DNA of 61,503 nucleotides, filler included, from Choristocarpus tenellus KU-1152 (taxonomy: Eukaryota > Protista > Phaeophyceae), in the NCBI GenBank assembly GCA_964200185.2. It is 13 parts of 13 records of this genome, joined end to end, with 100 filler letters (N's around TTAATTAATTAA, not from the genome) between each part and the next. Parts side by side here need not be neighbours in the genome. Positions count along the whole stretch, not along the records: positions 18,992 to 27,496 come from CAXNAD020004642.1; positions 27,597 to 36,034 come from CAXNAD020004711.1; positions 36,135 to 38,686 come from CAXNAD020026838.1; 10 more parts are not named here. One strand, 5' to 3'. Below the pieces are notes generated by a model that saw only the letters and a list, made by a program, of their open reading frames with translations, did no database searches and was not told the origin of the DNA. The translations under genes and the position numbers were made by a program. Shown piece after piece: positions 24,190 to 36,909 of the stretch (its first letter is position 1; every line of letters starts with the position of its first letter).

Positions 24190-25470
24190 GGAGAGCAGGA
24201 GGATTGTCGTTATTCACCAGGTGTAGGAACAGAACAGGAGGAAGAGAGGTATGTTGCATCAGGAAAAAGTTTCTGAACAAAAACGTTTGCACCTCATATT
24301 TTTGGATTTTCACCTTTTTGAGGGGTGTTGGAGATATGCATTGAGGGATGTGAAACAATCCAGAACAACGAGGAAAAAAATCGTGCGTAGTTCCAAGATC
24401 TCAATTTTCGCTTCAAATTTTGTGCCATGCACTGCCTCATAATTCAGAAATCCCAGATGTACCTCAATTTTTATGTTTTTGTTTCTGCCCTCCCCCCACA
24501 TTTTGACAGTGTTACAGGCACAGTGAGACACAATGTTAATACAACCCATCCATGTATTTTTTTGGAGCCCATTAATCCTACTGTGAATGAAGTCCTCAAG
24601 AAAGCCCTAGCCCTAACGAAAAAGGTCGTTGCCTTGTAAGGTTATGGTTTTCTTGAGGATACACAATTTCATGTACAGATGTGAATCAGTGCTGATTGTA
24701 ATTGGCCCCATCCAACTTATTGAGAGATTAACTGATAGCAAGAACATTATTTTACTGATTAGGTCTGTTATTCCGCTTGTCTTCCGCATGCATAAATGCC
24801 TCTGAAGATTCTTGTATGTATTGTGAGGAATGACACATGCGTACCAGTGTGTCATGTTAGTTTCAAGAAGTAACCTCTGGCAGGGGGGGGGGGGCACCAC
24901 TCAGGAAGCCTATGTATATCCTCACGACTATGCTGCTTGCCGGCTGCATGCCATTTGTGATGACCCACACAATCGAACACAATTAGCCAGCTCTTATGTG
25001 CGTGCAATCAACAGCTGAACCCATTATAATTTGAAGTTGCAAATCCTCTCGGTTATCACATTTCTAATTTTAGAGCTAGGGCTTTCTCATGGACACCATT
25101 CCCAATAGGCTCAATAGGTTCTCAAAAAAGAGATGGGAGGTGCTAACATTGTGCCATACTGTGCCCAGCAGAACATCGAAGGAGTGTGGGGGAAGGTAGA
25201 AACTAGAAAAATATATATCCATCTGATATTTTGGCACTTTGAGGCGGAAAATGGTGCAAGATTTGAAGCGATAATCACAATTTCAGAATTTCAGGCACTT
25301 ATTTTTATTTTTCTAAATTGTTTCTCACCCGTCGCAGCATATCTACAACACCCTCCAAAAGGTATGACTCTGAAAAATGTGTTTTGTTGTTGTGCAGAGT
25401 CTTATTCCTGGTGCAAAGTGCTTCCCTACCTCCTGTGTTGGGCTTGGACATGGCTGACAACATTGTGAGT
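24190..25470. repeat. Diverged inverted repeat pair (~24190-24550 and ~25132-25470)
   Basis: The reverse complement of the first arm aligns to the second (e.g. GCATATCTCCAACACCCCTCAAAAAGG vs GCATATCTACAACACCCTCCAAAAGG). Spurious ORFs 24310-24549 and 25133-25468 are visibly similar for this reason. Confidence 0.8.
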
Positions 25471-26849
25471 GTTTTTGTGTGCTTTCCAGACAAGCGAGTA
25501 CGGCCTATCCTTTCTTAGAGAGGGGTGCTATTGAGTACTTGAGGCCCCTGTGACTCCCTCCTGCTGCATGTCCCTTAACCACTCTAAAGAGGATATATTT
25601 TTTTGCTCATGTACTCAAAGGGCTGTAATAGACCCTCCAGGATATGACAGGCTCTATAGAGACACCCCAAAAATATCACAGTGAAAATGTAGGTGGGTGG
25701 GTAGATGAGGTAGAGTGGCATCTAAGACAGGAAATCTGCGTTAACCGACAAATGCCATGTTAAAGCAGCACCTCAGGCAGCCCAAGCGAATCAAGTCACT
25801 TGCACACCCACCACCCCTTGCCTGTTGAATGTGGTCTTTTTTGTTATTCTATCTTTTTGACATTGATTCTACTTTCTTTGTTCCCTCTTCTGTTTACATG
25901 GTATGTGATGAGTGGCGTTTGGATTAGATGGACCCAGCGTGACACCAAATTCTCAACATTTCACCCCTTTTTCTATAGGACCAGAGGACATGGCGACGTG
26001 TGATGACATTTTTGACATTCTATTTCAGGCATTGGCTCTATTATGCTATACCAGGATTTATCTTAGCTATCCTCTCTCAATATATATGGAGTCTTTTGTT
26101 CTCTCTTCTTCCATAAGTCTGCACTAACTTGTACTTCCTTCAGAACATCTGCACTGCTTCTCCGACTACCTCCTGCCTGCGGGTTTGAGAGGAGACCCCT
26201 CAGACTAATGTGAATAAATTGTAACTGTCGTCATTGTCATGTCCCGATTCGCACTGTGGCAAAGTGCAAGATATCCTTCTAAATTTACAGGTGGAATCCT
26301 TTTTACGATTTTTTTTTCGTATTAAATATTTTTTCTCGATCTCTTCAAAATAACTAGAGAGAGAGAGAGTTGAGGCAAGGGGGGTGGTTTGAGAGTAGAT
26401 ACAGATATTCACTGGTTTGTTTCTACTAGTAGCTACTAATATATTGTGAGGTGGAGTGCTTCTTAAATTGTGCAAGGACCTCTCTCATGGGAAGGGCAGG
26501 AGTGCGTTTGAGATATTTGCAAGCACTTTTGAGATGTGCAATTATAGGGAAACAAGGAAAGGCTCCCTTCGCTAGGTGATTGGTTGATAGATAACACCAA
26601 TTAGTTTAAAGCATTATGTAATGGTACTTAAAAAAAATATGCAGATATTTATCACTGAGAAGGAAACAACATACCACATTCTCAGACTTGTCAAAGACCT
26701 AAAAAATGAGAGCAGCAGAAAAATGAGAACATCTGGGGAAGAAAAAAGCCAGCAAAATTGTTCCCAGACCCCGTGGTTGAAAGGTAGTTAAGAAAAGGCA
26801 ATACACACTGCTTGAGAAGATACTAGTAGCTATTGCTGGACACAAACCA

Positions 26850-27440
26850 ATGGATGTTTGCAAATTTGGTCAGACAACTCTCCCTTCCCTTCTACCTGCA
26901 GTCCAACAATTGTTTGTCAAAACATTAATGAGGCAATCGTTCGCCCAGAGTGTGACTGACTTGTATTTATGCTGTCCGGTAGGGTCCTGACCTGTGATGA
27001 CTTCACTATTACTTGAGAATTCCCTACTGTTAGTCACTTTGAAGGTAAAATTACGCGTATACCTCGCAGCTACACACGATAGATTAGCTCATTCACCAAA
27101 TATTGAACAGGCAGGCACAGACCCCCCATTGGCATAGCCCACCCCTTCTACCCAGGCAAAGCCCCTCCCCACATGTGACATTTCTTCTCGCGCAGCTGGA
27201 GCACTGTGGCTTCAAGCCGGTGAACTCCTCCTCTTTTCCTCCTTCTGGCACAACCACATACCTCACCCCTGTGCCCTTCCTCCTCCTGGTCGAGCACTGT
27301 GGATGTTTAGAGGCAGATGTTCTTCCTATTTCACTCCCAGCACATCCCCCACGGGCGAATCCACGAGCAACCCCTTCACTTCTCCTTTCCTTCTGGTGCT
27401 GATGGAGCACAACAATGGTTACGAACTCGCGGAGCTTCCC
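26850..27440 (+). repeat. Old dispersed repeat, homologous to ~60745-61330
   Basis: Shared collinear blocks such as CCCTTCCC.TCTACCTG, TGTGATGACTTCACTA, AGCCCACCCCT.CTA and GCACTGTGG. Confidence 0.7.
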
Positions 27441-27637
27441 CTCCCCCCCCTTTTCCCCCCGCAGCCCCCCCCACCACACTCCCCCCCCCCCCAACCNNNN
27501 NNNNNNNNNNNNNNNNNNNNNNNNNNNNNNNNNNNNNNNNTTAATTAATTAANNNNNNNNNNNNNNNNNNNNNNNNNNNNNNNNNNNNNNNNNNNNGTGT
27601 TTTTTTTTTAGAGGGGGGGGGGGGGGGGGTTTGTGGG

Positions 27638-27677
<40 letters not shown>

Positions 27678-28309
27678 AGAATAGGTGGATTAAGTCGAAT
27701 CTTGCCGAGATTTTAAGGTAACCTCATGACAGGTTTTTGTCAGACCCCGCCCAAAAAACAACAAAAAATTGTACCTACCAATGGAAGAACAAGTACTCGA
27801 AGAAACTGAGATACTTTGACTTGTTGAGGGTTCTTCTGGAGTTTTTTTCGGGCATCAATTTATGGTTCAACCACAAGGAGTGACAGACAGTAGTTAAAAT
27901 CAAATCGCCTATATTAGGTCCCCATTACTCATGTTCCTTCTCTTCAGGAAGGCTCCAACAGTTGGAAATGATATATTCTCCAGCTACCTTGGGATTAATT
28001 CCGTTGGCTACAAATTCCCCTATTACCTATCAAAACAAGTTCTTTCATTATTTGTTGGTGTAGTATATTTGTCTTAATGAAAATTTTGGTGTTTGCGTCC
28101 CGTTTCCATTCCGTGTATTTCTTGGTTTTTCCATCTTTCTGCTCCGTCCCGTTTCAGTCAATCGTTTAGATCGGTTCTTAGCATGATGTACGTCTACGAA
28201 AGCATAAGTAAAGTGTGTGAAATATACTAAGCATATATGCAACGTACCAAGGCTTGAGAGGTGCGCACATGCACCATTCCTCAGGAAAAGATAACCTGTA
28301 GACTGTAGG

Positions 28310-31083
28310 ATGTGCAGCAAGCTAGTTCTTGCTATTGCTAGGTATGTGTGGTGGATCCCAACCGCTGTAAGTCTGGGGTGTGCCACATCGAGACAAGGAC
28401 GAACTGCCCTTTTGCAAATAGATGAGAGTTGTTTCGGTCGACATCCCTTATCTCAGGGAAGACCTCCTATTCAATCAGCTTTCTTGGGATGCTGTTGTGC
28501 CAACGGGCGCATGTTGCAGACCTCTGTAGCTGGGGGTGGCCACATGAGACGTAGCACAGTTTCGACTTTGATGGGGAGGAGTGGGTCAAGGGAGACAGGC
28601 GTGGAGGAAGTCCTCAAGAGCAACTGCCAGAAAGAAGCGTTCTTTGACGAAGATCGATTACTCTCACGTGGGATGGCGTTATCGGCGTCAGCGTTGGGGC
28701 TGGTATCGCTTTTGGGGGTAGCTTCGAATGCTAACGCTGATGTGAGAGTGAGCGAGTGTTGATGGGTACTACTTTTTGACTCTATCTGTGTGCAACTCCT
28801 AGGAACAGAAGTATAGACGCAAAGATCCCGGATTATTGAGCATCTGAAGATTATTCTGCTGGTAATGGACGACCTCCTGGACACCATTCCCCAGGGTCCG
28901 TTGTTGCCGAAAACAGGGAACGTGTCAAAGATTGGTGATATGTGTGTGTAGTGCATATCGGAACGCCACACATTGTATCTGCTTGCCAACGGAAAACAGA
29001 TGTTCGGTAAAAGACGGAAAAACAATGTAGAACCGCCGTTACACTTTACTGCACATAGCAGGATGTCACAATCTCGAATCTATCACTGCAGTGATGATAC
29101 CCCCCGTTCCTTTGCCACTGCCAAATTGTGTTTGCCACGTGTTGTAGGAGGCCGGGAACCTGGAGGACACACTTATATGGAGCCCCAAGACAGAGATCCT
29201 GAAGAGGGCCAAGACAGCGGGTGGTTTTGCTGCTCCCAATGTTAACAAAACGTGTGCATCCTTCCCCTCGTCGTCTCCTTGCACGATCTCCATCGCGCAC
29301 CTTTCTCCCCTCTACCCTGGCATCTGCTGTTGGAGTTCCATCGTTATGTCATAGTCATACCCTTGCAGCAGCACAGAAGATGCATCTTGAGTGCTTCGGA
29401 CAATATTACTGACCCTCGGGTTCCTTACAGATCAATTAGCTTCAACAGTTTCTCAATGATTTGCTCGTTGTATACTGTATTTGTTGTACTAGTAGCAAGG
29501 TATGACTTGCAATGAAGGAATTTTCATTACATGTTAGTACTTTGATGTCACCGATAGATTGGTAGTGAACGATCAACCTTTATTTACCAGGCAAAACAAC
29601 ACCCATACAGGTGTCCCATTCCTTTTTTCTTGGTATCATCATCCAAGGAGACTCACTACACAAACCAAACCCCTTTAGTGCAACAGCATCCACTCCCAAC
29701 CTTGCCACTGAACCAATCGAACTGTTGCACATGTTGGCCCTGTAGTCAAAGTGATGAGCTGCATTAAACACAATCCACTCCATGGCCGCAGTTTGGAGAA
29801 CATACCGACTATATGCTCCCTCAATATTTTTTGGGGAATGCATCTCTCATCACCGTGCTGTTTTTCAAATAAACTTTCTCGTTGAACTTGGAATTTCCTT
29901 GAACTTGTTCTTTCTTTGGTGCAGTGTGAGTAAGGCCCTACTGTTGAACCGATTCACAGGTACCCTGTGAGATTTGTCACCTACCTGGCACGATTCTTAC
30001 TCAACTATGACAACGGAAGCTGCCGGCTATGGGACAAGATGGCCAGGACCATACCTCTGAGCTTCAGGTGAGGCCTTCCATGAGCGCAAACCCTGCTGGT
30101 CTGGCCCAACCTCCCCCCCCCCCATATTCTTCTACCCTTTGTCCAATGGTTATACTAAGATATTGAAGTCAACGTGTCCAATAAACTCATCCTCAGAAAC
30201 AAATATTTTTAATACAGTACAAGAAGCTGTTTGTTAGACAGGACCAAATGTAAATGTAATTCATATGTTCCACCTCCATTTGCTGCTAATTCAATTCTCG
30301 AAGCAACAGATACAAAATTAGAACTTGTGATCTGTATAACTGAGAGCATACCTGTGATAGACATGCTTCAAGTAAGAAGAGCTTTGACCGGACTTATCCT
30401 TAGCCGTTTGGTGAGTCCCCACACGTCCTGCGTAAGAGTGCCATGAACCCTCGTGGCAGACAGTTTCAACCGTTAATTGCAAAAGACATTGTGCTCGGGG
30501 GGGGGCCAAGGTGAACAGGGCAAAGGCAAAGCGCAGCAGCCTGTGATTGTTTGCCCCCCATGCCCCACCCCCCCCAGAAATCTCCACAATGAATGCGATT
30601 TGTGCTGGGTTCTCTGTGTGCTTTTCTCCTCGTGCGTGTGAACGCATGTGCAGTGGCGTGGAGGTTGAGACGGCCCGGAAGGGGCAGTTTGCGGAATTTG
30701 CCCAGGCAGTGCAGGTCGGACTGCTTGACTATCAAGGAACACAGGGCGTACGGTCGTTTTTTTCCCTCATGAGGTCCAGATATGGCACGGTGAGACCCCC
30801 TTCCCCCCCCCTTGCCTTGATGTCCTCTCTTCACTGGGTACATTCCGACTCCTCTCCTTGCGTCCACCTCAATAAAACGCCTGCCTCTCTCTCTCTCTCT
30901 AAACCCTCTTTCTCGATTCTTTTTTTGCACAAACAGTATAGTACGGTACAATTTTTTTTTTTGAGCTTGTTGGGTCGGAGTCACGGTCGGAGCATGTTCG
31001 GGATAGTAGTGCGTTAGGGAATGTAAAAAAAAAGAAAAAGTAAAAAATAAATAAATATATATATATATATATATATTTTTTTT

Positions 31084-31137
<54 letters not shown>

Positions 31138-31407
31138 ATGTGTTGTGTGGAAAGCTGGGATAACAATTTATCGTCACAGCGACATCGAACCGTTGATAGA
31201 CTATCGCGAGCGGGTGTAAGTAAGTAGATGATGCGTTTGCTGCAGCAGCGATGCAATCGAGGTTCATACTCTGCACTAGCGTCTGTCTGTCTGTCTGTCT
31301 GTGCGCATCAACTGTGCCTTCCTTGGTGTAGTACCTACGTGCCGTCGGAGTGCTTCGAGAAGTAGCCCCCTTGTTCCGGAGTTGTATCTACTACTCTACC
31401 CGCATGG

Positions 31408-31447
<40 letters not shown>

Positions 31448-31577
31448 TTGGGTGGGGTGCCCCCATTCCTTGGTTCTTTCTGGGCGCAAAAATGGCTGTT
31501 TTTTTTTCCCTTCTTTTNNNNNNNNNNTGTTTGGCGATTTTCCCCTTTTTTTGGGTTTTTTTTCTTTTTTCTCTCCC

Positions 31578-31610
<33 letters not shown>

Positions 31611-31775
31611 AGATCGGGCCCTGGGAAGAGGCGCCTCAATACGATGGTTCCTTCTGAGCGCAAAAGTGGCTGTTCTTCTTGACGTGCTGTTGGACTACAG
31701 ACCTCCCCAATTTGTACTCGGGAGAGCTTTTGCTAAATTCAGGGAGGGCGATAGCGACCGGTGTTTTTGGTTTGT

Positions 31776-31813
<38 letters not shown>

Positions 31814-32105
31814 GTTGGTAGTTGGGTTACAATTTTGGAGAGTGCACGAGGGCTGGGGGTGGGAGATGATGAGGGGGTTTTATGTGCTGGTCAAGTAGGT
31901 GGTGACCCTTCTGTTTCGTTCTAATTATAGGGTTAGGGTTTGTTGGGCGCTGTGCTATATACTGTGTGAGGAGGTTGATGTTGTTTTGCTCAGGGCGACA
32001 TTTTATGGTAGGTTGTGTTGTCCTTGTCTGTCCTGTATGGTGGGGTACGGTATACCTCATGTCGGTATATCTTGAGATATATACCTTGTGTCGTCTGACG
32101 ACACA

Positions 32106-32141
<36 letters not shown>

Positions 32142-32468
32142 TATTACTATTATTACTATTATTACTATTACTATTATTACTATTACTATTATTATAATTA
32201 TAATTATAATTATAATTACTATTATTATTATTATTACTATTACTATTATTACTATTATTACTATTACTATTATTACTATTATAATTATAATTACTATTAT
32301 TACTATTATTACTATTATTACTATTATTAGTACTATTATTATTATTACTATTATTACTATTATTATTACTATTATTATTATTATTACTATTGTTATTACT
32401 ATTACTATTATTACTATTATAATTATAATTACTATTGTTACTATTATTACTATTATTACTATTATTAC

Positions 32469-32502
<34 letters not shown>

Positions 32503-34300
32503 TTGTACACGTCAAGGCCTTGTGCGTACTGCGCGGCGCGGTGATCGTCCCAGGAAAAAAAATATAAAATAAATGTGGGAGAACGTCAACTCCGGAGTGA
32601 AAAATGCTGGTGGGTCTCAACATGCGGCAGGAGAGAAGTGATGAGTGTGACCTGGCCCGGCCTGCACTTGGCTTGCCTCCGAGGATTGATTGTATCGCTG
32701 TTGACCCTAACCCTAAGATTCGACGGAGATCCCAGTGTCGATTCTTCAACCCATGCGGGTTTGAATTTAGAGCCAAGAAACAGACAAGGCAGATAGTCTA
32801 TGTGGGTTTAGGGTTGTTCGCTGGAGAAATAAAAAAAAACAAAATGGATCGAGAGATACACTTGTTCTTAGTTTGAATTGCCTTGTTCTTAGTTTGAATT
32901 ATTTTGGAGAGTGATTTATATACAAGTTTGAAAGACTTAGAAACGTCTGCTTTGATTAAGAATGTAAAGACAAAAGTCCAGTAGTTGTTTGGGCATTAAA
33001 AAATGTACTTAATCTTTTCTTGAGGAGCGTGTAAGATATATTGTCTTAAAAGAGGAATGTGATGCATCTCTAATCACAACAGTGCTTGATTTAAAGTTTT
33101 TGAATCTTCAAGACTCAACGTGTCTGGGGGGNNNNNNNNNNCTACAATCAACTTTTTTTTTTTTTTTTTTTTTTAACCTCAGGGCGTGGGGGGGGGGGGG
33201 GGGGGGGGGGGGGGGGTGACAGTCCATTCGGTGCCCATTTTTCCATGTCGCTATTTTTGGATGATTTGGTTGCATGCGTCAGATGGATGATGTAAGTGCA
33301 CTTCTCTTGGTCAGGGCCCGAATGGACACTCTGGTGTAGATTCCCCCCCCCCCCAAGATACTTTGAGCCTCAACTTCTGGTTCATACAATGATTTTGCAG
33401 CACTTCTCAAGATCCGAGTTGGCTTCCGTTCTCAACTGGTTCTGAGTCAGAATATGTCTGCAAGAGACATCACTGTATTGACTGAACGTTTAATTACAAT
33501 CGATCCTCAAACCACCTGAATTACCTTGAAAATGCTCTAGAATCGGCCTAGAATCGGTCTAGAATCGTGCTTGAATCGGCATAGAATCGCGCTTGAATTG
33601 GCATAGAATCGTGCTTGAATCGGCCTAGAATCGTGCTTGAATTGGCATAGAATCGTGCTCGAATCGGCCTAGAATCGTGCTTGAATTGGCATAGAATCGT
33701 GCTTGAATCGGCCTAGAATCGTGCTTGAATCAGCATAGAATCGCGCTTGGATTGACATAGAATCGCGCTTGAATCGGCATAAAATTGTGCTTGAATCGGC
33801 ACATGGCTTTGATGAGTGAGTTGAAGATTGACCAGGTGTGTGTTTGAAAGCAGACGTTGTGATCTCAACATTTCGCTGGAGTTTCGATTTTGATAATAAT
33901 TTTTTTTTAATGTAGATATTTTATGACCTCAGCGAAGATCCTAAAACTTCTTTGGGACAAGAAATATATGAAATATGTATGTATATATATATATATATCT
34001 GGAGTGATGTTTACGTGCTCTGCATATCATATCGATGTGGGGATGGTTGTGGGGGTGAGAGTGCAAGGGTGGCACGAACAGTCAATTTTGATGAACACCC
34101 CATTGATCTCTGGATCTGTTCTATGATTCCAAGGAATTTTCTTAGATCTTTCATGCTTTCGATGAGACGATGCTGCATCCCCATATTCCATACACCGAGC
34201 AGTCAGTGTGTTTCCAAACCGAGTGAAGATTCTTTACTATTGAAGGGTATACCCTAATTAGTACATTGCAATATACCCTTTTCTGTCCCCCCCCCCCCCC

Positions 34301-34349
<49 letters not shown>

Positions 34350-34514
34350 AAGAGCACACACCCCAAGAGGCAGCTGGCGATACTGTTCAGTTTTTTACGG
34401 GAAGATCAACCTACTGATCTGATCGAGGCTCTCCTTGCAGATGTGGATGACGGATATGTGTCTTCCATTGCCCTTCAGGAACCAGGCAGAGGCTACACTG
34501 GTCTAGTTCCCACT
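28310..34514 (+). CDS. Putative plastid-targeted protein, 5' exons 28310-28741, 29148-29251, 29960-30067, 30654-30789, 34353-34514 (3' part off contig)
   Basis: All five exons join in phase. The N-terminus has a signal-like segment, SAFL motif, basic Ser-rich transit-like region and a hydrophobic stretch ending ANA. The mature part reads YPVRFVTYLARFLLNYD...FAEFAQAVQVGL...SRYG...KRQLAILFSFL...QP...PGRGY. From memory it resembles the N-terminal extension of algal carrier-family proteins (unverified). Confidence 0.75.
32107..32501. repeat. Long compound (ATT/ACT/ATA)n microsatellite in intron
   Basis: About 395 bp of trinucleotide repeat; source of spurious poly-Ile/Tyr ORFs. Confidence 0.95.
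33182..33369 (-). mobile_element. MITE family B, reverse orientation
   Basis: Reverse complement of the family B core, ending AGATACTTTGAGCC; TCA on both flanks. Confidence 0.8.
33538..33801. repeat. Minisatellite, 11-bp unit with 22-bp higher order (TAGAATCGTGC-TTGAATCGGCA)
   Basis: About 24 alternating 11-mers visible. Confidence 0.92.
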
Positions 34515-34660
34515 GTGAGAAGAAGCTTGGCTGGGGAGGGGATGGGAGGGGAAAATCGAGAGGAACTGGGGGGGTGTTTTTGTTTTTGTTTTTTGTTCTT
34601 GAAAGGGGTGGGATGCCAAACGTTAACACGTTGAAAAATGATAGTTGAAGTAGTACTACA

Positions 34661-34837
34661 TAGGGTTAGGGTTAGGGTTAGGGTTAGGGGATGTTTTAGG
34701 GGCAGATGTGTCCTCCATCCTATTGGCTCAACGCAACATGTGAGGCCATTCCGTGGTGTAAACGTTTGCCTTTTGTGTGTGTGTGTCTTCCTCTCCCCAT
34801 ATGTCCTTAACCCTAACCCTAACCCCAACCCCAACCC
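34661..34837. repeat. Inverted pair of interstitial telomere-like tracts: (TTAGGG)n ... (CCCTAA)n around a ~120-bp core
   Basis: TAGGG(TTAGGG)4 at 34661-34689 and TAACCCTAACCCTAACCCCAACCCCAACCC at 34808-34837. Confidence 0.85.
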
Positions 34838-35806
34838 TTCCGTTTTTGTTTTGTGTGTCTCGGCATCAGCGTTATTATTATTATTTTTTATGTATGTAAT
34901 AAAATTGATTGATAATAAGAAATCCCTGTCAAAAAAACAAAAAAGGTGTTCATAGTCAGTAACGTCGAGGAAAGAATGATATCATTTTAATTGTTCTTGT
35001 CGAGTAGCCCTCAGCCCCCACAAACATTTAAGACCCCCCCTTCATGTGCATATACTGTATAGAATCGAGATGTTATTTTTTTTCTTGTCCATCCACCTCT
35101 CTCCGCATGGGTCTGACCGTCCTTGCATTGTCAGCACCGGCTCTATTCCTCGTGCGCATTTTTGTGTACGCTTGCACCAGTGGCTTGCCATGGATTGGGT
35201 CGACTTTAACTGGCTCTATGTCGCCACTACTACTGTTAACTGCTCTCCTCTGCATCGTGCGTCTGCTCGCTATCTCATGCGTCACGTGCGTGCTGTTCCA
35301 CTGGCACCGGCTCTCGTATATTATGGCTCTATGCTATTTCTATTTTGCGTATGTTGCTTGTGGATGTAGTATGTCATCTTGGGCATCGTGCGTTTGCTCG
35401 CTGTTGTGCGTTTAGTGCGTTGAGTCGTAAATAGGATTTAATTTTACTTCCGCGATTATCGTTCTTCTACAATACTACTTGTTATCTTTCTGTACACGCT
35501 AATAATACAATAAGATAATCGGGTACTGATGCTAAAGAAACATAAATTATTTTAATATTGCTTGTCCTTTTTTTGTACGGGAAGGGGTGTCCGAACGGAA
35601 AGGCGTCTGCGTGCTGCAGAGAGTCACAACAGATAAGTCACAGAGAGAGCCGAGGAAGGATAGCAGTTCCTGCCTTGATACCGGCATGGTGCATCAAAAG
35701 GGTATACCTGTGTCAAGACTGCATTGATCGACCCGCACATGCTCGATTGTCTGTCACATCCCTAACCCTTTACCGTGCCTTTCCCCTCTATTTTGTCATG
35801 GTGTGA

Positions 35807-35845
<39 letters not shown>

Positions 35846-36134
35846 CCTCGAGAATTTGTGTTTGTATTTGATTTTTTTTTTGTATGGGTATAATTTGTAT
35901 GGGAGTATGTACGTACTATGTATGTGTTTATGTAATTATGTTTCTATAAGATACTCTCTTTTTTTTTACTCTCCCCCCCCCCCCCCCTCCCCCCCAGCCT
36001 CAGTCTCACACCCCCCCCCCCACACGTGACCAGCNNNNNNNNNNNNNNNNNNNNNNNNNNNNNNNNNNNNNNNNNNNNTTAATTAATTAANNNNNNNNNN
36101 NNNNNNNNNNNNNNNNNNNNNNNNNNNNNNNNNN

Positions 36135-36646
36135 GCGCTTCGTGCTGTCGACAAGGCCCCCCTCTCCGTCACTTGGGGGGGGTACATATCAGTCATAAAA
36201 TCAAGTCGAAGCACTCGTTCTACACAACCCTGCCTAGCCAGTCTCGAAACGCCAAGGTTGGCGACGAGGACATGCCATTCTTTCCCCCCTACAGGTTCAG
36301 ATCGCAAGCCCAGCATGTACATTGCATCAACCCTCCCGTTTCGTTGGTATCCCCTTCCCCCAATTGATCGGCGACCTTTGGACAAGTTTGTCAGGTAGAG
36401 AGCTTCACTTCTCTCAGCTATGAGACTTCCCTGCACTTCGTCCCTGTGGATCACCCGAAGACCAGACAGATGAGACGCATCAGCCAAAGCTTGGATCACA
36501 TGGGTCGAACCAAAATCCATTCGAAGGACAGTTTCCACAGTCCGCAAGCGGATGCGCCCCAAATTGCGGTGGTAGATCCGTGGATTCAACCATAGTAGAC
36601 CTTCGTCAACGTCTTGCACCTCTTGGAATTGGTCCGTACAGTCCAT
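36135..36646 (-). CDS. 5' part of uncharacterised protein, open to contig edge; weak resemblance to N-terminal half of TET/JBP-like 2OG-Fe(II) dioxygenases
   Basis: At least 170 codons of complex sequence from ATG 36646, including RNGRVDAMYMLGLRS...FMTDMYP. The catalytic HxD...H is not visible. Confidence 0.45.
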
Positions 36647-36909
36647 AGTACTACTAATGCTCTTTAGTCTTAGTGTTGGGTTGGTGTAAGGGTTAGGGTC
36701 TGTGGCGGATGATTGGAAAAGAGACAAATCTCCACAAGTGGAAAACATTTTTTGCCACTACTTTACATGGTACTACAGTATGGTAGTACTACTACAACAA
36801 TTATGTCTACATCTCTAGTGAAGCAATGTGTTTAGAGGTCCAAGGAAGGATCATTATATGACTTGATATGAGACAGTTGACCTCTATTTGGGCACCCCTA
36901 ACCAACATC

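Noticed and set aside
24310-25468. Two similar short ORFs as a paralogous gene pair
   Set aside because: The similarity derives from a non-coding inverted repeat; no splice or domain support.
31827-32544. Poly-Ile/Thr/Tyr ORFs
   Set aside because: Translations of an intronic trinucleotide microsatellite.
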